NCBI GenBank assembly: GCA_905178155.1
Contig: CAJINV010000004.1
Coordinates: forward strand, 9,055,431 to 9,092,958
DNA length: 37,528 bases
Reading direction: 5' to 3'
Source of the DNA: Amoebophrya sp. A120
Lineage: Eukaryota; Protista; Dinoflagellata
Below, piece by piece: positions 32,429 through 37,528 of the stretch (its first letter is position 1; the number at the start of each line of letters is the position of its first letter). The notes under the pieces are model-generated. The model was given only the letters and a program-made list of their open reading frames with translations. It was not told the origin of the DNA and ran no database searches. The position numbers were made by a program, and so were the translations under genes.

Positions 32429-34498
32429 CTATGGGTCCTGCTTCTTGTCGGACTTGGACTGTTCCTTCTCCTGCTCGTCATCTTCTTCTTCCTCTTCCTC
32501 GGAACTGGAAGACACCTCCTGCCGCTTGGCTTTCTTCATTTTCTTTTTCTTTGATCCAGAGGAAGACTTATTGCGGTTTGGGAAGTACTTCTCGACGTCA
32601 TCTCCTTTGTAGGTACTACCGTCCATCCAACTGAAATAGTTGATGTTTTTCAGTCCAACGCGTCCCAACGGTGACAGCTTCACCTTATCAAACTGGGCGC
32701 GGGACATCTGGGAACGCTTTGTGGGATGCAAACCGCCCTTGGAGCAGGAGATGACGCCGTTAGTTGAGGTAGTGGTGTTGGTGCACGGCGTGCACTTACA
32801 AAAGTGCCAACACAACTTGAACTTCTTCCCATCCGCTGGCTCCGCTATGATAGAGTCGTTGTTCTGCCGCCGGGGCGATCGTTCGCGGTTGTTACCAGGG
32901 CGGGCGACGTCGGAAATTCCGAACATGGTGCGAAAGTTGTCGTCGTTGAACATTGATCCGGTCTGATGTGCTACTTGCATGATGCTGTTCATTTTGTAAC
33001 GAAAACCGTCGGCCCTGTCCTCGGTTTGGAGAAAGAAGTTGCTCATCCGCTCTTGGTAAGAAGTTTCTACTGTTTCCCCGTTCATCACGTATGATCTGCT
33101 TGGTGCGAGCGAGTCCGCCGACGTCGAGAGCACCTCGTAAAGCTTCGAGGTAGCAATCCGCTCCCAATCGGTGTGGTTCGAGTACTCCGGCACCGCCTTG
33201 ACATGATCATCAAGAAATAAAACCAATTTGTGCGCGTCGGCGAAGTTGTCGAACACGGGTGGCGTTTTTCTCCCGACTGCAAGGCACCGCAAAAGTGTTG
33301 GTGGTTTCATGGGTCGGGTCGCTACTACTTTCGTGGAATCCGCTACCTGCGCTTGATTCTTGTACGTGTAGCGGACTGCTGTATTCGCGGCGGAATGTAA
33401 CGATTTGTCCCTCACCATGTTGGAAATCAACTTGTGTGATTCCAGCGTAATTCGATCACTTTTCGGCACATTGTCGCTCGCGTCGGCAAAAGCGGTGGAC
33501 TCAAGATCGGTCACTGGGGCCGCAGCGTTGAGCGGGTCGTTCTGCGCGGGAAATGCGCTTTCAAAATGCTGTGTAAAATTGGTCATCCCTTGCGTCAGCA
33601 TGGCCTGCTGCTGTATCATCTGCTGTAGCTGGAAGTTCTGCTGTTGCATGAACTGGTTGTGCTGCGTGATTTGTTGATACACTGCCGGATCGATCATCAT
33701 TTGCGCCTGGACGTTGGCGCTCGGTACTGCTGCGCCAACTGGTGGCAACCCTGCAGCCGGTGCGCCGACAAATGGCGGGAATCCTACACCTGGTGCTCCG
33801 GGTCCTACTGGAGCAGCTGGCGCTGCTGGGGCCGCTGGGGGGATTGGTGGCGCTGCCGGTGCCGGTGCAGCTGCGGCAGGAGCGACTGGTGCCGCCGGTG
33901 GCGGTGCAGCTGCGGCAGGAGCGACTGGTGCTGCCGGTGCAGCCGGATTCAACGGGTTCACTGCCGGGGCCGGTGCTGCAGCTGCTGGAGCTGCCGGCGC
34001 CACTGGGACTGCTGGTGGCGCAACAAGTACTGGTGGTCCACCGGCTGGCGCGACTGGGGCAGCAGCAGCTGGTGCGGCTGGTGCGACTGGGACAGCCGGA
34101 GCAGGAGCGGCTGGCGCTGCAATAAATGGCGCGTTGATCACTTGTGCCGCGGCTGGAATAAATGGTGCTGCCGGGGCAGCCGGCGGTGCGGCAGGAGCGA
34201 TCTGCACCGCCGGGGGGATCGCCGGAACTGGCGGTGCCACTGCGCCGGCCTTTGGGGTGATCGGTGCCCCCGCGGCTTTCGCTTTCGGGTTAACTGGTCC
34301 AGCGGCTTTGCCTGCACGTATGATGGCTGCGACACCAGCTTTACCTGCTTTCGGCGGGCGGCCGACGTTCGGATTGATGACTGCTGCCGGGGGAATCACT
34401 GGCATGATCGGCGGGTCGATGAATGGGTTATAACCACCAAGGACTCCCGCTTGGGCTCCTTGATTCAGCGCCGCGAAAACTCCGTCGTTGGCTGCCAT
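32429..34498 (-). CDS. Gag-like ORF, 689 aa; Pro/Ala-rich N-terminus and Cys/His finger-like motif
   Basis: Lies upstream of pol inside the element; CWHFCKCTPC...CSKGGLH motif. Confidence 0.75.
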   Translation of the reverse strand: MAANDGVFAALNQGAQAGVLGGYNPFIDPPIMPVIPPAAVINPNVGRPPKAGKAGVAAIIRAGKAAGPVNPKAKAAGAPITPKAGAVAPPVPAIPPAVQIAPAAPPAAPAAPFIPAAAQVINAPFIAAPAAPAPAVPVAPAAPAAAAPVAPAGGPPVLVAPPAVPVAPAAPAAAAPAPAVNPLNPAAPAAPVAPAAAAPPPAAPVAPAAAAPAPAAPPIPPAAPAAPAAPVGPGAPGVGFPPFVGAPAAGLPPVGAAVPSANVQAQMMIDPAVYQQITQHNQFMQQQNFQLQQMIQQQAMLTQGMTNFTQHFESAFPAQNDPLNAAAPVTDLESTAFADASDNVPKSDRITLESHKLISNMVRDKSLHSAANTAVRYTYKNQAQVADSTKVVATRPMKPPTLLRCLAVGRKTPPVFDNFADAHKLVLFLDDHVKAVPEYSNHTDWERIATSKLYEVLSTSADSLAPSRSYVMNGETVETSYQERMSNFFLQTEDRADGFRYKMNSIMQVAHQTGSMFNDDNFRTMFGISDVARPGNNRERSPRRQNNDSIIAEPADGKKFKLCWHFCKCTPCTNTTTSTNGVISCSKGGLHPTKRSQMSRAQFDKVKLSPLGRVGLKNINYFSWMDGSTYKGDDVEKYFPNRNKSSSGSKKKKMKKAKRQEVSSSSEEEEEEDDEQEKEQSKSDKKQDP

Positions 34499-34861
34499 CG
34501 TGATAACTATTACTGTGTTTAAGCTTGTCTATGATGAATGAAATGACAGACAAGAATGGTGATGAGTAGGCGTTTGCGCTTGGAGGCTTCCATGTGCCCT
34601 CAAATGTTCGCTCAAATTGAAGTGCGCGCTTGTTGAGGCGACTTTATCTCTCGAAATGAGAAATAAGAACTGGCTCTTTTTGCTTGTGAAATGAGAGCGG
34701 GAGCAACTTTGAATGCGTCTCGTTTTTTGAATGAAATCGCTCATGGGAAAATGCTGGAGAGCTTTCTCTCAACTTGTGCAGTACTGACTGGCTGCAGGAA
34801 CTCCGGGCAGTGTGCAACTTTGCACAAATAAACTATGCGAGCGTGGAGACAGAAAAACTTT

Positions 34862-36391
34862 TCATGGTACAAAACAAAAACCAGCATAATCGTTCTTCGG
34901 ATATTCGTTGAAGCGATTATAATACTCGATCATCGCCTCTGTGCGCCATCGGAGATGGCATCCGATGCGGGACTTACTGACGTGACAAGACATCAATTGT
35001 TGCAAGCACCCTATGCGCATAGATTGTGTCCGTCCAGTACCAAAAAAGTTTCTGAACGCAGAAACAAAAGAAATTCGCCAATTGTATGTCGGTGAGGACA
35101 GTGCTGGCAGTAACTGGCGCGGGCAAATGTCCTTTGACTCTGTGTGGCATAGGCAACTAACACACACCCTCCTTATAAAATTGCTTTTCAGGATGTATTT
35201 GTCTAACGAAAGGCAGAAAACTCCTGATGCTGGATTAAAAGAAAAGTCGCCGCCTATTGGAGCGGATGAGTTGCCAAGTCGTGACAGCAAATGTGCTGCG
35301 TGAATTTGTTCTTCATGGCCACCTCCATCTTCCTCGTCGGATGGGGAATCTGTAGCGATTGTGCACAGCAGCTCCTCGTCTGACCGGAGTTTCACCTTGT
35401 CCACGAGCGTTGATTTTCGTAGCCCAAATAGAAAACCGATGCAGCATGCGGAAGCGAGTTCTCGTGTGCGGTGAAACTGTGGCCCCATGAGCTCAGCCAA
35501 CTCTTCAATCAAAATGGGTGGGGCCTGTTTGTGGTTGAGTTTCCCGGTTCGTTTTTGTCTTGTGACGAGTTGGGACAAGTGAACCTTGTCCGCTGCACCC
35601 AGCAGACTGCAGCCCGGAACTGCCTCTAGTCTGCCGATGACAGACCAGAGGTAATCGTCCGCCGTTGCGTAGAAGCTGCGGTCGTCCTCGTCCCCGATCA
35701 AAGATGCGAAAAAGTATTCCGCATGCTTGCGCGTAATTGGCCAAGGTTTTGCGAGGAAGGTCAACCCTGGATGCGATCCCGCTTTGACGCAGAACTGAAA
35801 ATACGCCTTCAAGCGTGGCTCTTCGGTGGTTGACGCCGGGCGCAGCGTGAGCTTGTCGTGAGCACGCTGTAACCGTGAGAAGTCTTCAGCTAACTCGTGG
35901 GACTCCATCTTTTGTCTCGTGTTTTTCTGAAGCGCTGGATTCTGCGAGTCACGAAATAGACGGAGTAGTTTGGGACGAGAAGCAATTTCGGAGAAGAGTC
36001 CTGGCTTGAAACTTGCTGTTGATGTGGAGTTCTCGAAGACCTTGGACTGAGGGAGCTCGTAATCATCACATGCTCGTACTGCCATTGCGAAAGTGTCGTC
36101 TTCCGTTGATGATCGTGGGCGAGAATCGAGCTGAGCCGGAGCGTAAGGAGCCGAGGAAAAATCGGACTTGCTCCTTCCTCGTTTTCCTGAATGGTGCTTG
36201 TGGCTGCTGGATGATGATGCTGAAGTTGTCTTTCCGATGGCTGTTCTGCTGTGAATTTTCTTAACAGTGGCGGGGGCAAGAGACGAATTGTGTTTCCTGT
36301 CGCTCTCTGCGCGTAAAGCTGCCAAGCCTGCCATCTTGATAAAACTAGGGCGGGATCTTCTTGTGAAGATCGAAAAGGGTGGGAAAATCAA
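34862..36391 (-). CDS. Tyrosine recombinase of the retroelement (509 aa; ATG start probably MAGLAA)
   Basis: FGLRKS (R), CLCH/CP, TQSMRIG (HxxR position with Q), HLRW, MIEYY (catalytic Y). Confidence 0.85.
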   Translation of the reverse strand: MIFPPFSIFTRRSRPSFIKMAGLAALRAESDRKHNSSLAPATVKKIHSRTAIGKTTSASSSSSHKHHSGKRGRSKSDFSSAPYAPAQLDSRPRSSTEDDTFAMAVRACDDYELPQSKVFENSTSTASFKPGLFSEIASRPKLLRLFRDSQNPALQKNTRQKMESHELAEDFSRLQRAHDKLTLRPASTTEEPRLKAYFQFCVKAGSHPGLTFLAKPWPITRKHAEYFFASLIGDEDDRSFYATADDYLWSVIGRLEAVPGCSLLGAADKVHLSQLVTRQKRTGKLNHKQAPPILIEELAELMGPQFHRTRELASACCIGFLFGLRKSTLVDKVKLRSDEELLCTIATDSPSDEEDGGGHEEQIHAAHLLSRLGNSSAPIGGDFSFNPASGVFCLSLDKYILKSNFIRRVCVSCLCHTESKDICPRQLLPALSSPTYNWRISFVSAFRNFFGTGRTQSMRIGCLQQLMSCHVSKSRIGCHLRWRTEAMIEYYNRFNEYPKNDYAGFCFVP

Positions 36392-36506
36392 AATGTGGAG
36401 AAAAAATATTTCTCCTCGTCCTCAATGTCTGTGCCCTTGCTCTTTTGCTCGTCACTCTCTCAGTCGATTGTAAAATTGCATCGCTGTTCTACGTGATTAG
36501 TGATTT
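36384..36506. repeat. Split direct repeat B, internal copy (123 bp)
   Basis: Identical by eye to 36835-36957; overlaps the A copy by GTGATTT. Confidence 0.95.
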
Positions 36507-36652
36507 TGCAATCTCTCTCGGTCGTAAACTCGAATTGCATGAGCTGACCCTTGTCCTGCGCGGAATCACTCAAAATGTGAGTGTCGGGAAGAATCTGAAG
36601 TCGCTCATGAAAGCAACAACGCGTGTCGCTCGTGAGAGCAACAAACACTCCT
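36500..36652. repeat. Split direct repeat A, internal copy
   Basis: Matches 28963-29115. Confidence 0.95.
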
Positions 36653-36834
36653 TGCGCGCTCAACAGCAGGTCGCTCATGAGCGACCTGATTGGCGAACCT
36701 CACCAACAGGTCTCAGACTGCCGCACATGTGTGACTGAACACAGCGGAAATGGTCGCCAACAGGTCGGAGACAGAGCTCGACTATAGCTCAGAGGGAGGC
36801 GTCGCTACTCGCCTTCATCGGTGAAATAGACGAA

Positions 36835-36957
36835 AAAATCAAAATGTGGAGAAAAAATATTTCTCCTCGTCCTCAATGTCTGTGCCCTTGCTCTTTTGCT
36901 CGTCACTCTCTCAGTCGATTGTAAAATTGCATCGCTGTTCTACGTGATTAGTGATTT
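36835..36957. repeat. Split direct repeat B, terminal copy
   Basis: Matches 36384-36506. Confidence 0.95.
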
Positions 36958-37528
36958 GTTATGGGCTCAGAGAAATTCATGTCTAGTACCATGTTCGAAA
37001 ATTTAAATTTCGCAGTTTTCGAATAGCGCCAATGGCAAAACATTGCGCGCCTCCTTTGCTTGTGCAAGTTGCCCAGCCACGGAGCTGCTGCCAGAGTCGA
37101 ACCGCTACAGTTCTGCAAGAAGTAGCGACGGCAGCGCCGGCGCCGCGCTTTTTATTTCGCACGTTAAGCGCTTCGGCCCTCTGGGTTATGACCTCACTCC
37201 TGGCATCCTGCTCTGTTGTGGTCGTCGCCCGGGCACAGGCCTGCCGCCCACGTTGGGGCCTTTGCCCGAAGAAAAAACTGGAGCAGTTGCACTGGTCGCC
37301 GGCTTGTGTTTCTCGGTCTTAGGTGTTTCGGCTCAGTTTGGTGGCTCTGCGTGTTTTCGGTTTTCGGCGGTTTTGTCGGCCATCGGGGGCCGCGATTTGG
37401 GGGCAGGGCATAGGGGTTCTGGCCGCCGGGAGCGTCTGTAGTTCGCCCCTCTGAGTGGCAGAGCGACACCTCTACAGACGGCAAGCATTCACGATCGGCA
37501 CTGGCACTATGAAGATTGTGGCTAAGAA

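Larger units (their letters stand above)
28963..36957 (-). mobile_element. Tyrosine-recombinase (DIRS-order; PAT/Ngaro-like split direct repeat) retrotransposon, ~8.0 kb
   Basis: YR, gag-like and RT/RNase H ORFs on the minus strand; repeats A...BA..B; both ends and the internal junction share GTGATTT. Confidence 0.9.

Noticed and set aside
33644-34522. Gly/Ala-rich (PE-PGRS or silk-like) and Cys/Trp/Arg-rich + strand ORFs
   Set aside because: Antisense shadows of the Pro/Ala-rich gag repeat region
34862-36391. The YR as the enzyme that mobilises or excises the introners
   Set aside because: Introners have variable 5-bp TSDs and TIRs typical of DDE transposition, whereas the YR element uses a fixed GTGATTT core; no link beyond the nested insertion
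28963-36957. LTR retrotransposon or prophage integrase
   Set aside because: No DDE integrase, no paired LTRs and no phage genes; split repeats plus YR plus RT/RH indicate the DIRS order

Overview
Eukaryotic, gene-dense DNA. The architecture strongly resembles the parasitic dinoflagellate relative Amoebophrya (Syndiniales); this is an inference from the intron type, not a database match. Five + strand host genes can be rebuilt by hand: a 144-aa hypothetical protein, a torsin-like AAA+ protein, a SAM-like/OGFr-like protein, an ankyrin-repeat protein and a GNAT acetyltransferase. There is probably also one small minus-strand gene. The + strand genes are interrupted by 34 MITE-like inserts (about 135-335 bp, at least 7 TIR families). 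Almost all begin TAT, end ATA, carry long terminal inverted repeats and sit between 5-bp direct repeats. They occur in both orientations and mostly lack GT-AG ends, yet removing each complete element plus one direct repeat restores the reading frame every time. They are therefore non-canonical 'introner' introns, and a few appear to be converting into GT-AG introns. The last introner (28712) is interrupted by an ~8-kb tyrosine-recombinase (DIRS-order) retrotransposon, 28963-36957. It has split direct repeats, a 7-bp GTGATTT crossover core and an unusual YR-gag-RT/RH order, with the repeat junction at its 5' end. No autonomous transposase, rRNA, tRNA or CRISPR array was recognised.
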